64,000 nucleotides of DNA from Candidatus Binatia bacterium (GCA_038245295.1 JBBRSP010000003.1:64001-128000); one strand, 5' to 3'; numbered from the stretch's first letter, positions 10,309 to 21,065 are shown. Notes: generated from the sequence alone by a model not told the origin. Translations and numbers: made by a program.

Positions 10309-11289
10309 ATGAGTGACGCCAAAGTCCGACAGGTCGCTCCGGGGGTGCATGTCGTGCACCTGCCGCTGCCGATGAAGCCGACGATCGTCAACGTCACGCT
10401 GCTGCGAAGCGGCGACGAGTGGGCGCTGATCGATACCGGGGTCGACACGGAAGAGAGCCACACGGCGCTGCTCGCCGCGATGCACGAGGTTGGCTGCTCA
10501 CCGAAGAAAGTGCGCACCCTGATCGGCACGCATCATCATCCCGATCACTTCGGCGCCTCCGCCTGGTTCAAGGAACAAAGCGGCGCCACTGTCCTGTTAC
10601 ACGAGCGCGAAGCGCAGGCGGCTTCGCATTACGCACCAACGAAACACAGCGAGGCGACGATTCAGTTCTTTCTGGCGAATGGGATCCCGCTGCGGCGCTT
10701 TGCTCATGTACCGTCGGCGGGCGAGTTCTGGTCGCGTCTCTATAAGCCGACTGTGCCTGACCGCTTCATCGCCGACGGTGATCATATCCAGGTCGGGCAC
10801 TTCGACCTGGAGGTGATCGGTACACCCGGACACACGGCGGGACATTGTGTTCTCTATGCTCGGCGCGAGCGGGTCATGATCGTCGGCGACCATTTGTTGC
10901 CGAAGATCACGCCACACGTCGGATTCTTTCCGGAGGGGCCGGTTGATCCCCTCGGTGATTTCCTGGCGTCACAGCGCAAAGTGCAGAATTTCGAGGTCGA
11001 TCTGGTGTTGCCCGCACACGGTGGTGTCTTCAGTGAGCATCGCCGTCGCGCCGTGCAGATCATTCAGCACCACGAGTACCGTCTACGCGAGATGTACGAC
11101 CTCATCCTTCGGGTGCCGCGTAGCGCCTATGAGGTGGCGAGTCTGTCGTTCGGCTTCGATTTCGACAGTCCGCTACAGGTACAATTCCCGGCTACATTCG
11201 AGACCTTGGCGCATCTCGAGCACCTGCGGGTCCAGGGTAAGGTCGTCAAGGAGACGGAGAATGATGTCGTGCTTTATCGGGCGGCATAG
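10309..11289 (+). CDS. MBL-fold metallo-hydrolase
   Basis: LIDTG, THHHPDHFG, TPGHTAGH, GDHLLP, LPAHG. Confidence 0.92.
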   Translation: MSDAKVRQVAPGVHVVHLPLPMKPTIVNVTLLRSGDEWALIDTGVDTEESHTALLAAMHEVGCSPKKVRTLIGTHHHPDHFGASAWFKEQSGATVLLHEREAQAASHYAPTKHSEATIQFFLANGIPLRRFAHVPSAGEFWSRLYKPTVPDRFIADGDHIQVGHFDLEVIGTPGHTAGHCVLYARRERVMIVGDHLLPKITPHVGFFPEGPVDPLGDFLASQRKVQNFEVDLVLPAHGGVFSEHRRRAVQIIQHHEYRLREMYDLILRVPRSAYEVASLSFGFDFDSPLQVQFPATFETLAHLEHLRVQGKVVKETENDVVLYRAA

Positions 11290-11471
11290 GTGGTCCGGTA
11301 GACGGTAGGCGGCGTGGCGAACTAGGGGCGACCCACCCTCTGTTCCACGCACGGTCTGAATAACGGCGCCCGGCGCCCGTCGGAGGGTGTCGGCGGAGGT
11401 TGGTTGAGCCGTTTGGAGGCTCATGCTAACACCACGCCACTTTGGCGAGTCTAAGGGAGGAGAAGAAGCTT

Positions 11472-12302
11472 ATGCAGCGGTCCAAGTTTGCTCTGATGTC
11501 GGTCGCGGTCCTGGCTGTCGCCGGAACGGCGATGGCACAAGATACGACCAAGCTGGTCGAGTACTACAAGCGCAAAGCCAACGTTCCACCGAACGTTGCC
11601 GTCACCGCGAGTGGGGTTGGCGATTCGAAGATTGCCGGGGCCAAGAGCGGTTCTTTGGAAGCAGGGGGCCAGAAGGTTCCTTTCACCATGTCGGCGGATG
11701 GCCGCTACGTCGTCTTCGGTGAGATGGAAGACCTGACGGTCGATCCATTCGCTGCGGTGATGAAGAAGATCGACCTGAAGGACAAGCCGTTCAAGGGCGG
11801 TAAAGACGCCAAGGTTACGATCATCGAGTACTCCGATTTCCAATGCCCGTTCTGCAAGAAGGGCTTCGACACCATCGAGTCGCAGGTCCTGAAGGAGTAC
11901 GGCGACAAGGTGAAATTCTACTACAAGAACCTCCCCCTGAGCTTCCACCCCTGGGCTGAGCCGGCCGCCGTTGGCGTGATGTGCGCCCAGATGCAGAACA
12001 AGGACGCGTACTGGAAGCTGTACGAGTATTACTTCAACAACCAGAAGGACCTGAATCCGCAGAACCTCAAGGAAAAGAGCCTTGAAGTGCTGAAGGACAC
12101 CAAGGTCGATGCCGCCAAGTGGACCGATTGCTTCGAAAACAAGAAGTCTCTCGACGTCGTCAAGGCGGAGTCCGCCGAGGCCCAGGGCCTTGGTATCCAG
12201 GGCACGCCTGGCTTCATTATCAATGGTCGCGCTCTCAAGGGCGCCTACCCGTTCGAGCAGTTCAAGGCCGTCATCGACGACGAATTGGCTCGCGCCAAGT
12301 AA
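11472..12302 (+). CDS. Periplasmic DsbA/thioredoxin-fold oxidoreductase
   Basis: Signal peptide; EYSDFQCPFC (CXXC), GIQGTPGFIING. Confidence 0.92.
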   Translation: MQRSKFALMSVAVLAVAGTAMAQDTTKLVEYYKRKANVPPNVAVTASGVGDSKIAGAKSGSLEAGGQKVPFTMSADGRYVVFGEMEDLTVDPFAAVMKKIDLKDKPFKGGKDAKVTIIEYSDFQCPFCKKGFDTIESQVLKEYGDKVKFYYKNLPLSFHPWAEPAAVGVMCAQMQNKDAYWKLYEYYFNNQKDLNPQNLKEKSLEVLKDTKVDAAKWTDCFENKKSLDVVKAESAEAQGLGIQGTPGFIINGRALKGAYPFEQFKAVIDDELARAK

Positions 12303-12327
12303 GCTTCGATCAACCGGACGTTCTGAG

Positions 12328-12364
12328 AAAGGCGGCGGACCCGATGGGTCCGCCGCCTTTTTTT
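12328..12364 (+). terminator. Rho-independent terminator
   Basis: AAAGGCGGCGGACCC-gat-GGGTCCGCCGCCTTT followed by a T-tract. Confidence 0.9.
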
Positions 12365-12453
12365 CGTGACGAGCATCGCGTTCCCAGAGCGGTGCGATTG
12401 ACCGACGGCGGCTGAGCGGTAAACCACTCCGGCGCACGAAAGGGAGGATAAGC

Positions 12454-13416
12454 ATGTTGCGAACCGATATCTGCGACCTTTTAGGGATCGAATACCCGAT
12501 CGTCTTGGCTGGCATGGGTGGTGTGTCGATGCACAAGCTGGTCGCGGCGGTGTCAAACGCCGGCGGGCTTGGCGTCATCGGCGCGGCGAACCTCGATGCC
12601 GAAGGGCTGCGGCGTGAGATCCGTAAGACACGTGAGTTGACCGACAAACCCTTCGCCGTCGACCTTCTGGCGCCGATTCCCGACATGATCCGCCCGCAGA
12701 TTCAGGTGCTGTTCGACGAGAAGATTCGTATCTTTGTCGCCGGCCTTGCCGTGCCGGGTGAATTCATTGTCGAGATGCACGAACGCAAGATGATCGTCGC
12801 GGTCATGACCGGGAAGGTGCAACACGCCATCAAGGCCGAACGCGCCGGTGCCGACATCGTCGCCGCGCAGGGAACCGAAGCCGGCGGTCACACCGGCGAG
12901 ATCGGCACGCTGGCTCTGGTGCCGCAGACGGTCGACGCGGTGAAGATCCCGGTACTGGCGGCAGGTGGCATTGCCGACGGACGCGGTGTTGTCGCGGCGC
13001 TCGCGCTCGGAGCCCAGGGTGCGATCATCGGCACGCGTTTCATCGCCACACCGGAAGCGCAGGCATCGCGTCTCTACCAGGAGGCGATCATCAAGAGCAC
13101 GGAAGCGGACACGGTACGAACCCGCTGCTACACCGGCAAGCCGGCGCGCACGATCCGCAATGCCTACAACAACGATTGGGAACAGAACAAACGCGACCAG
13201 ATCAAACCGTTCCCGATGCAAATGTTCTACTCGGCCCAGAATGGCGTCATGGACTACATGGACAGCGGCCTCGGTGCCGACCCGGAGCGCACCTTCATGC
13301 CGGCCGGGCAGGGCATGGGGCTGATCCGAGAGATGAAACCAGCCGCCGAGGTGATGAAGGACCTCCTGCGCGAAGCCGAATCCGTAACGCATTCCGCGCT
13401 CTTCCGGAACTCCTGA
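12454..13416 (+). CDS. Nitronate monooxygenase / FabK-like FMN-dependent oxidoreductase
   Basis: PIVLAGMGGVS, AVSNAGGLG, QGTEAGGHTG, AAGGIADGRG, GTRF. Confidence 0.9.
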   Translation: MLRTDICDLLGIEYPIVLAGMGGVSMHKLVAAVSNAGGLGVIGAANLDAEGLRREIRKTRELTDKPFAVDLLAPIPDMIRPQIQVLFDEKIRIFVAGLAVPGEFIVEMHERKMIVAVMTGKVQHAIKAERAGADIVAAQGTEAGGHTGEIGTLALVPQTVDAVKIPVLAAGGIADGRGVVAALALGAQGAIIGTRFIATPEAQASRLYQEAIIKSTEADTVRTRCYTGKPARTIRNAYNNDWEQNKRDQIKPFPMQMFYSAQNGVMDYMDSGLGADPERTFMPAGQGMGLIREMKPAAEVMKDLLREAESVTHSALFRNS

Positions 13417-13420
13417 GCGA

Positions 13421-13503
13421 AAAGGGTCCTGTCCCCTTTTGGCGGATGTTTATCCGATTTGGCCTAAGGAATGCCGCTTAAAACAAAGGGTCCTGTCCCC
13501 TTT
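13421..13503. repeat. 19-bp perfect direct repeat (AAAGGGTCCTGTCCCCTTT, two copies) between convergent genes
   Basis: Copies at 13421-13439 and 13485-13503; each has self-complementary AAAGGG/CCCTTT ends. Confidence 0.8.
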
Positions 13504-13534
13504 GCCTGGATCGCCGGATGGCGTTCCACCGTCG

Positions 13535-14614
13535 TTACTCCGGCTCCGTGATGACCGGCTGCACGGCGGCATAGCGTTCCTGGTAAATGCGGGCGAACGC
13601 GACGAGTGTGGCGATGACCACCGGCGCCAGAAATAGTCCGAAGAAACCATAGGCTTTTAGGCCGCCGAAGATGCCGAAGAAGAGCAGGATCGTCGGGATC
13701 TCGGTGCGGCCACCGATGATCAGCGGGCGCACGAAGTTGTCGATGGAGCTGATCACTAGGGCGCCCCATAACACCATCAGGGCTGCCTTCAGACCAGTCT
13801 GCATGAAGTACAGGTAGATCGCCACGCCGCCCCAGGCGATCGGAGTGCCCATCGGGATGAGCGACACAAACCCCGAGGCGCAGCCAAGAAACAGTGCGAA
13901 CGGCACGTCGAGGGCCCAGTAGCCGATGCCGGCGACGAAGCCCTGGAGCACGGCGGTGACTAGCGTGCCCTGGACTACCGCCGAGACGGTTTCGTAGAAA
14001 CGCGCCAGGACGAGGTCTTTGTGCTCCAACTCCATCGGCAACATATCCCGCAGGGTTGTCACCATGCGATCGCCATCGCGAAAGAAGAAAAACAGGGCAC
14101 AGGTGCACAGGAAGAAGTCGATGAGGAACGTGGCGACGTTCTTGGCGATGTCTGTTGCCTGGGCCACCAGGAAGCTGCTGACGGCGTTCGTTGCTTTCAC
14201 GGACAGGCCGGCGAGGTCGACGTTCCAGTCGTTCAAATGGGGGGCCAGGCGCTCCCAGATGCCGGCCAGGCGCGAGGCCTGAACCTGTTCGACGAAGCGC
14301 TGCGGTCCGCCGTGGGCAACAAATTCATTACTGTACTGGTAGAGAGCGACCGACTGATTGGCGGCGACAATGGTCAGCAGAATCGTCGGCACGATGACCA
14401 CTGCAATGACCCCGCTCGTCAACAGGAACGCCGCGAGGCCGCGGCGGTTGCCCAGACGTCGCGTCAGCCAGGTCTGCAGCGGATAGAAGACGATCGCCAG
14501 CAAGGCGGCCCAGCCCATGGGTGCCAAGAAGCCTTCGAACATGAGATACAGCTGGTACAGCAGGAATAGGAACACGGCGAAGAAGAAGGCCGCGAAGAGG
14601 TGCTGGCGTGTCAT
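13535..14614 (-). CDS. AI-2E family transporter
   Basis: Multi-TM protein; FFFFRDG, IDNFVRPLIIG, FGIFGGLKAYGFFGLFLAP; start taken at MTRQHLF. Confidence 0.92.
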   Translation of the reverse strand: MTRQHLFAAFFFAVFLFLLYQLYLMFEGFLAPMGWAALLAIVFYPLQTWLTRRLGNRRGLAAFLLTSGVIAVVIVPTILLTIVAANQSVALYQYSNEFVAHGGPQRFVEQVQASRLAGIWERLAPHLNDWNVDLAGLSVKATNAVSSFLVAQATDIAKNVATFLIDFFLCTCALFFFFRDGDRMVTTLRDMLPMELEHKDLVLARFYETVSAVVQGTLVTAVLQGFVAGIGYWALDVPFALFLGCASGFVSLIPMGTPIAWGGVAIYLYFMQTGLKAALMVLWGALVISSIDNFVRPLIIGGRTEIPTILLFFGIFGGLKAYGFFGLFLAPVVIATLVAFARIYQERYAAVQPVITEPE

Positions 14615-14760
14615 TGGGTCGACGCTACCAACGCCGGACCGCCGAGGCAAACGCTGCCGCCGATCACGGCCAACTCTCATGCCATCGGTCGCTTCCCATT
14701 TTGCCAGGGGCGTTGGTGGTGGCGAGTGTGTGGGTCCACCACACATGCCCGTACCTTTCC

Positions 14761-14790
14761 TTGACGCAAGTACGCTGAATTGTTAGCTCT
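14761..14790 (+). promoter_or_regulatory. Possible sigma-70 promoter for tRNA-Val/thrS
   Basis: TTGACG-17 nt-TAGCTC with TG extension, about 60 nt upstream of the tRNA. Confidence 0.35.
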
Positions 14791-14847
14791 GCCCGTCCCA
14801 GGCTTTCCCGCTCGGTTCCCGTAAGGGCGCCGTGGACGGGGCATCAC

Positions 14848-14922
14848 AGGCACGTAGCTCAGTGGGAGAGCGCTTCCTTGACACGGAAGAGGTCGGCGGT
14901 TCAATCCCGCCCGTGCCTACCA
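14848..14922 (+). tRNA. tRNA-Val (GAC)
   Basis: AGGCACG/CGTGCCT acceptor stem, anticodon arm CTTCC-TTGACAC-GGAAG, GGTTCAATCC, encoded CCA. Confidence 0.96.
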
Positions 14923-14966
14923 TGTACCCGAAAGTTGCCTGGGGATGAGAACAAAACGATTGCCAC

Positions 14967-16892
14967 ATGCCCATCACACTCACCATACCGAACGGCGAGC
15001 AGCGCCAATTTGAGCCAGGCGCTACCGCCTTCGAAGCGCTGAAGGCGACCGGCCTCTTCAATAAGCGCATCATCGCCGCCTCGCTCGATGGCAAGGCAAT
15101 CGACCTATCGCGGCTGCTCCACAGCGACGGCGCACTCAACGCAATCTCTCTCGATTCTCCCGAAGGCCTCGACGTCATCCGCCACTCCTCGGCCCACTTG
15201 ATGGCGCAGGCGGTCAAGCGGCTGTTCCCGGAGACGCAGGTGACCATCGGGCCGGTGATCGAGAACGGCTTTTTCTACGACTTCAAACGCGCCACGCCGT
15301 TTACGCCCGAAGATTTCGAACGCATCGAAAAGGTGATGGCCGAAATCGTCAAGGCGGACTTTCCGGTGACACGCGAGGAATGGCCGAAACAAAAGGCCGT
15401 CGAGTTCTTCCGCGAACAGGGCGAACTCTACAAGTGCGAGATCATCGAAGGCTTCACCGACGACACCGTATCGCTGTATCGCCAGGGTGAGTTCGTCGAC
15501 CTGTGCCGCGGACCACACGTCGCATCGACCGGCCGCATCCCGGCCGTGAAGATCACCAGCCTGGCCGGCGCCTACTGGCGCGGCAACTCCGACAACGAGA
15601 TGCTGCAACGCCTCTACGGCACCGCCTGGGCCAGCAGCAAAGATCTCGAGGCCTACCTGAAGCGCCTCGAAGAGGCCAAGGCGCGTGACCATCGCCGCAT
15701 CGGCCAGGCGCTCGACCTGTTCTCGTTGCATCCGATCGCCCCGGGCTCGCCGTTCTTCCACCCCAAGGGCACCATCGTTTACAACCTGCTCGTCGAGTTC
15801 ATGCGCAATCTCTACGGGCGCTACGGCTATACCGAAGTCATCACACCGCTGATCTACAAGACCGAGTTGTGGAAGACCTCGGGGCACTACGACGCCTTCC
15901 ACGACGACATGTTCCTGATGTCGGCCGACGAGGACGAGTACGGCGTCAAGCCGATGAACTGCCCCGGCCACTGCTATCTCTACGCCACACGCAAGTATTC
16001 GTATCGCGACCTGCCGTTGCGCTTCGCCGATTTCAGCCGCCTGCATCGCTTCGAATCCTCGGGAACCCTCACGGGCCTGACGCGCGTGCGCTCGATGGCG
16101 CAGGACGATGCACACATCTACTGCACGCCCGACCAGGTCGAGCAGGAGCTGGCGAGCTTCGTGGCGATGACGCGCGAAGTCTACGACGCCTTCGGTTTCG
16201 ATCGTGTGCAGGTCAGCGTGCAAACCCGACCGGCGAATTTCCTCGGACGTGTCGAGCTCTGGGATGCCGCCGAAGCGGCGCTGCAGAAGGCCGCGGAGAG
16301 CACAGGCTACCCGGTTACCATCCTGGCCGGCGAGGGTGCCTTCTACGGACCGAAGATCGGGTTCGATTTCCGCGACGTGCTCGAGCGCTCGTGGACCCTG
16401 TCGACGGTGCAGATTGATTGTGCCATGCCAGAGCGTTTCGGGTTGAAGTACGTAACGCCGGAAGGTCACTCGGCGACGCCGGCGATGCTGCATCGCGCCG
16501 TCCTCGGATCGATCGAACGATTCATCGCCATCCTGCTGGAGCACACCGCCGGCAACCTGCCGCTGTGGTTGGCGCCGGTGCAGGCGCGTGTGTTGACGCT
16601 CACCGATCGCCAGGAAGCGTACGGACGCGAGATCGTTGCCAAGTTGCAAGCCAAGGGTTTGCGCGCCGAAGTGGACAACCGCAGCGAAAAGCTCGGTTTC
16701 AAGGTGCGCGAGGCTCAGTTGCAAAAGATCCCCTACATGCTTGTGGTGGGAGACCGCGAAGCCGCCGAGGGTTCGGTGGCACCGCGCAGTCGCGCGGGCG
16801 GAACTATGGACACTCTACCGGTGGATGCGCTTGTCGCCCGCCTGGTGGACGAAGCGGTACCTGGCAAACGGCCGGCGCCAGCACCGCATTAA
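14967..16892 (+). CDS. thrS: Threonine--tRNA ligase
   Basis: TGS domain, [44 protein letters not shown]. Confidence 0.97.
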   Translation: MPITLTIPNGEQRQFEPGATAFEALKATGLFNKRIIAASLDGKAIDLSRLLHSDGALNAISLDSPEGLDVIRHSSAHLMAQAVKRLFPETQVTIGPVIENGFFYDFKRATPFTPEDFERIEKVMAEIVKADFPVTREEWPKQKAVEFFREQGELYKCEIIEGFTDDTVSLYRQGEFVDLCRGPHVASTGRIPAVKITSLAGAYWRGNSDNEMLQRLYGTAWASSKDLEAYLKRLEEAKARDHRRIGQALDLFSLHPIAPGSPFFHPKGTIVYNLLVEFMRNLYGRYGYTEVITPLIYKTELWKTSGHYDAFHDDMFLMSADEDEYGVKPMNCPGHCYLYATRKYSYRDLPLRFADFSRLHRFESSGTLTGLTRVRSMAQDDAHIYCTPDQVEQELASFVAMTREVYDAFGFDRVQVSVQTRPANFLGRVELWDAAEAALQKAAESTGYPVTILAGEGAFYGPKIGFDFRDVLERSWTLSTVQIDCAMPERFGLKYVTPEGHSATPAMLHRAVLGSIERFIAILLEHTAGNLPLWLAPVQARVLTLTDRQEAYGREIVAKLQAKGLRAEVDNRSEKLGFKVREAQLQKIPYMLVVGDREAAEGSVAPRSRAGGTMDTLPVDALVARLVDEAVPGKRPAPAPH

Positions 16893-16906
16893 GAACGGAG
16901 GCAATC

Positions 16907-17104
16907 ATGCCCAAGTTGAAGACCAGCCGCGGAGCCGCCAAACGGTTCTCGGTCACAGGAACTGGCAAGTTCAAGCGCAGCAAGGCGTTTCTACGCCACC
17001 AACTGTCCTGCAAGACGCGCAAGCAGAAGCGCGGTCTCGGGAAGTCGGCGATTGTGCATCCGACCAACGCCAAGGCGCTGCGCAAGCTGCTGCCGTACCT
17101 GTAA
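16907..17104 (+). CDS. rpmI: 50S ribosomal protein L35
   Basis: [24 protein letters not shown]...LLPYL, 65 aa, GGAGG RBS. Confidence 0.96.
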   Translation: MPKLKTSRGAAKRFSVTGTGKFKRSKAFLRHQLSCKTRKQKRGLGKSAIVHPTNAKALRKLLPYL

Positions 17105-17128
17105 CCCGAGCCCTGGAGGAATACCGCA

Positions 17129-17488
17129 ATGCCGCGAGTTAAACGTGGAACCAAGACGCGCAAGCGTCACAAGAAGATCCTCAAACTAGCGAAAGGCTAC
17201 GTCGGCGGACGCCGCAAGGTCTATCGCCAGGCGCGTGAGACCGTCGAAAAGGGCCTCACGTATGCCTACCGCGATCGCAAGGTACGAAAGCGCGAGTTCC
17301 GCAGCTTGTGGATCGTCCGCATCAATGCGGCGGCCCGCGAAAACGGCCTCAGCTACAGCCAGTTTATGAACGGGCTGACCCAGAGCGGCGTTACCGTTGA
17401 CCGCAAGGTTCTTGCCGACCTTGCCGTGCGCGATCCGCAGGGTTTCCTGGAATTCGTCACGCTGGCCAAGGCCAGTCTGGCTGCTTGA
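17129..17488 (+). CDS. rplT: 50S ribosomal protein L20
   Basis: MPRVKRG...[25 protein letters not shown]. Confidence 0.97.
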   Translation: MPRVKRGTKTRKRHKKILKLAKGYVGGRRKVYRQARETVEKGLTYAYRDRKVRKREFRSLWIVRINAAARENGLSYSQFMNGLTQSGVTVDRKVLADLAVRDPQGFLEFVTLAKASLAA

Positions 17489-17501
17489 GAACGAGGGGAT
17501 G

Positions 17502-17538
17502 GGGTTGGCGGTCAGGAACGATTCCTGATCGCCAACTC
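17502..17538 (+). other. Long intergenic hairpin between rplT and pheS
   Basis: GGGTTGGCGGTCAGGAA-cga-TTCCTGATCGCCAACTC, 17-bp stem with two G-U pairs and no U-tract. Confidence 0.6.
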
Positions 17539-17582
17539 GACCTCTGCCTCATCAGATCCTCAGCCCTCGCCCCCTCACCATC

Positions 17583-18605
17583 ATGAAAGAAGAGCTAGAG
17601 CGCATTCGCCGCGAAGCGTTGACGGCGTTGGCGGCGGTTTCGAGTGAAGCGGACGCCGAGCAACTGCGCCTGCGTTTTCTCGGGCGCAAGGGCGAGTTGA
17701 CAACCGTCGTTCGCGGCCTACGCGATGTCCCGGCCGACGAACGTCCGGCTGTCGGTGTCTATCTCAACGAGATCAAGACCGAGGTCGAGGAACAGATCGA
17801 TCGCGTTGTCTCGCAAGCGCGATCGCAGGCGCGCGCCGCTCAGGTGGCACGCGAACGGATCGATGTCACCGTCCCCGGCAAACGCCGACAGATCGGTCAT
17901 CTGCATCCGCTGACGCAGACCATGGAGCAGATCGTCGACATCTTCGTCGGCCTGGGCTTCAACGTCGCGACCGGACCAGACGTCGAAGATGACTACCACA
18001 ACTTCACGGCGCTGAATTTTCCGGCCGACCATCCGGCGCGCGACATGCAGGACACGTTTTTCATCGACGAGTCGCACATCCTGCGCACGCACACCTCGCC
18101 GGTGCAGATTCGTGTCATGGAGGCTCTCAAGGCACCGCTGCGCGTCGTGGTTCCGGGCACGACCTATCGCCATGACAGCGACGTCACGCACTCGCCGATG
18201 TTTCATCAGGTCGAGGGCTTCATGGTCGATCGCAAGGTCACATTCGGCGATCTCAAGGGCGTGTTGACGCTGGCGATGCAGCGTCTGTTCGGCTCAGGCA
18301 CACGGGTGCGCTTCCGCGCCAGCTTCTTTCCGTTCACCGAACCGAGTGCCGAGGTCGATATCGGTTGTGTCATCTGCAAGGGCGCCGAGCCCTCGTGCCG
18401 CATTTGCAAAGGCACCGGCTGGCTGGAAGTGCTCGGCTCGGGGTTGATCGATCCGAATGTTTTCGAGGCGGTCGGTTACAATCCAGAAGAAGTATCCGGC
18501 TTCGCCTTCGGCATGGGTGTCGAGCGCATTGCCATGCTGAAATACCAGATCAACGATATCCGGCTCTACTCCAACAACGACGTCCGGTTCCTGCGGCAGT
18601 TCTGA
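17583..18605 (+). CDS. pheS: Phenylalanine--tRNA ligase alpha subunit
   Basis: HPARDMQDTF, RTHTSPVQIR, FPFTEPSAEVD, FAFGMGVER. Confidence 0.97.
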   Translation: MKEELERIRREALTALAAVSSEADAEQLRLRFLGRKGELTTVVRGLRDVPADERPAVGVYLNEIKTEVEEQIDRVVSQARSQARAAQVARERIDVTVPGKRRQIGHLHPLTQTMEQIVDIFVGLGFNVATGPDVEDDYHNFTALNFPADHPARDMQDTFFIDESHILRTHTSPVQIRVMEALKAPLRVVVPGTTYRHDSDVTHSPMFHQVEGFMVDRKVTFGDLKGVLTLAMQRLFGSGTRVRFRASFFPFTEPSAEVDIGCVICKGAEPSCRICKGTGWLEVLGSGLIDPNVFEAVGYNPEEVSGFAFGMGVERIAMLKYQINDIRLYSNNDVRFLRQF

Positions 18606-18612
18606 GGCAAGC

Positions 18613-21024
18613 ATGAAGGTCAGTTGGAATTGGTTGGGCGAGTTCGTCGAGCTCGAATGGTCCGTCGAGCGTGTCGCCGAGCGTCTGGCGATGTCGGGGC
18701 TTGAAGTCGAATCGATCGAACAGCGCGGCCGTGAGCTTGGTGCCGTGCTGGTCGCCGAGGTCGTTCAAGTTGAACGCCATCCAGGTGCCGATCGGCTTTC
18801 GGTGTGCACAATTCGCGTCGAAGCGGAGCAGACGATCCGTGTCGTCTGCGGTGCCCCCAACGTGCGTGCTGGATTACACGTTCCCTACGCGGCACCAGGC
18901 GTGCAGTTGCCCAACGGCAAGCGCATCGAAGCGGCGGAGATTCGCGGCGTTGCCTCGGCGGGGATGTTGTGCTCCGAGGTCGAACTCGGTTTGGGGCCCG
19001 ATGAAAGTGGCCTGCTGATCTTGCCCTCGGACGCGGTGCTCGGAGACTCGATCGCCAAGCTGCTCGACGTTGACGACGTGGTCCTCGATATTGCGATCAC
19101 ACCGAATCGCGGCGACTGCGCGAGTGTTCTCGGCGTGGCGCGTGAGATCTCGGCGCTAACCGGCCAACGCCTGCGCCGGCCGCGCGTCAGCGTCACCGAG
19201 TCGGCGCAGCACGCGGCCGAAATCCTACGCGTCAAGATCGAAGATCCCGAGTTGTGCGGGCGTTATGTGGCGCGACTGATCCACGGTGTGAAGATCGGAC
19301 CGTCGCCGCTGTCGTTGCAGTATCGGCTGCGGTCGGTTGGCATTCGGCCGCACAACAATGTCGTCGACGTTACCAACTTCGTAATGATCGAACGTGGTCA
19401 GCCGCTGCACGCCTTTGATGCGCAGCGTTTGCCGGCTGCCGAGATTACCGTGCGCCGTGCCGGCAGCGCCATGAAGTACACGACGTTGGATGGCCAGGAA
19501 CGTGACCTGGAGGCCGACGATCTCTTGATCACCTCGGGCGGTCGGGCGGTTGCGCTTGCCGGCATCATGGGTGGCGCCGACAGCGAAGTGATCGATTCGA
19601 CGCAACAGATCCTCCTGGAAAGTGCTTGCTTCGCGCCAAGCCGGATCCGGCGTACCGCGAAACGTTTGGGGCTGCGCAGCGAGGCGTCGTTCCGTTTCGA
19701 ACGAGGCATCGATATCGAAGCCGTCGCCACGGCGGCTGATCGCGCCGCGGCGCTGATCGTGCGTTACGCCGGCGGCAAAGTGGCGGCAGGCCGGGTGGAC
19801 GAATACCCCGGCGCACAACCCGTGGCGCCGATCGCGTTGCGTCTGGCTCGTGTCGGCGAACTGTTGGGTATGGAGATCGCCAAGCCCGACGTGGTTTCCC
19901 AGCTCAAAGCGCTCGGCATGAGTGTAACGCCGGCCACACGTGGCACTCTCACCGTGGTGCCGCCGTCGTACCGCACCGACATCACACGTGAGATCGATGT
20001 GATCGAAGAGATCGTTCGTATGGTCGGCTACGACAACGTGCCGACGACCATGCCTGAGGCGGCGTTGGCGGGCGAGGGGCTCGATGTGATCGAGCGTTGT
20101 TATCGCGAGATTCGCCGCCTGCTGAGCGCCAGCGGTCTGAGCGAAGCGATTCCCTATACATTCTGTTCGCCGCGCTTGAATCGACTCTTCCCTCCGGCCG
20201 ACGGTGCCCGTGTGCCGGTGGCTATTCTCAATCCGATGAGTGGTGAAGAGTCCGAGATGCGGCTCAGCGTTCTCGCCGCGCTGGTGCGCGCGCTCAAGTT
20301 GAATGTTGATCAGGCGGCTGGCCACGTGGCGTTGTTTACGCTCGGCAAGGTCTTCTGGAGCGACGCGACGACTACGGGTGTCTATGGCGAAGCGATGCAT
20401 CTGGCACTCGCCGTTCACCGCGGTATCCCGATGGCCGGCGTTGGGACGCGCGAGCAGCAGGCCGATTTCTTCGATGTCAAAGGAATCGTCGAATCCTTGC
20501 TCGAGTCGCTGCGGGTTTCGGGAGTGACCTGGGAGCCGGCGGCGGATGTGACGTCTTTTCATCCCGGCAAGACGGCGCGTGTCTTGATCAATGGGCAGAG
20601 CGTCGGGGTGATCGGGGCGCTGCACCCAGATCTTGCCGACGAACTCAACTTAGATGCCTCAACGTGGCTCGTTGAGCTTGACTTGGAAAATTTGCTCACG
20701 TACTGTCCGCCGCGCGTTGGGTTCAAAGAACTACCAAGATTTCCGGTAGTTATGAGAGACCTCGCAGTCATGGCAGAGGCTCAATTCGCGTCCGATGAGG
20801 TCGTCCGATTCGTCCGCGAGTGGCCTGAGACAGTGGCGTTGATTGAGGGCGTGCAACTTTTCGATCAATATTCCGGGGCGCCGATCCCGGAAGGAAAGAA
20901 GAGTCTGGCGTTTTCCGTCGCGTATCGAGCCGCTGATCGTACCCTGACTGATGTCGAGGTGAATGAGTTGCATGGGCGATTGGTGCACGCGCTGACGATG
21001 GGGTTGGGCTTGGAGCAGAGGTAG
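18613..21024 (+). CDS. pheT: Phenylalanine--tRNA ligase beta subunit
   Basis: VVCGAPN, ITPNRGDC, RFERGID, RDLA, RTLTDVEV. Confidence 0.97.
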   Translation: MKVSWNWLGEFVELEWSVERVAERLAMSGLEVESIEQRGRELGAVLVAEVVQVERHPGADRLSVCTIRVEAEQTIRVVCGAPNVRAGLHVPYAAPGVQLPNGKRIEAAEIRGVASAGMLCSEVELGLGPDESGLLILPSDAVLGDSIAKLLDVDDVVLDIAITPNRGDCASVLGVAREISALTGQRLRRPRVSVTESAQHAAEILRVKIEDPELCGRYVARLIHGVKIGPSPLSLQYRLRSVGIRPHNNVVDVTNFVMIERGQPLHAFDAQRLPAAEITVRRAGSAMKYTTLDGQERDLEADDLLITSGGRAVALAGIMGGADSEVIDSTQQILLESACFAPSRIRRTAKRLGLRSEASFRFERGIDIEAVATAADRAAALIVRYAGGKVAAGRVDEYPGAQPVAPIALRLARVGELLGMEIAKPDVVSQLKALGMSVTPATRGTLTVVPPSYRTDITREIDVIEEIVRMVGYDNVPTTMPEAALAGEGLDVIERCYREIRRLLSASGLSEAIPYTFCSPRLNRLFPPADGARVPVAILNPMSGEESEMRLSVLAALVRALKLNVDQAAGHVALFTLGKVFWSDATTTGVYGEAMHLALAVHRGIPMAGVGTREQQADFFDVKGIVESLLESLRVSGVTWEPAADVTSFHPGKTARVLINGQSVGVIGALHPDLADELNLDASTWLVELDLENLLTYCPPRVGFKELPRFPVVMRDLAVMAEAQFASDEVVRFVREWPETVALIEGVQLFDQYSGAPIPEGKKSLAFSVAYRAADRTLTDVEVNELHGRLVHALTMGLGLEQR

Positions 21025-21065
21025 GTGGACGCGCGTCTGGAACAGCGGAGGGCCGGGCCGTGACC

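Noticed and set aside
13421..13503. Possible mini-CRISPR array
   Set aside because: Only two 19-bp repeats, shorter than typical CRISPR repeats, and no cas genes in the window
16636..17142. ORF spanning thrS/rpmI as a cryptic infC
   Set aside because: No IF3 motifs; it overlaps rpmI out of frame
18360..18420. CxxC...CxxC insertion in PheS
   Set aside because: Common Zn-binding insertion in many bacterial PheS proteins
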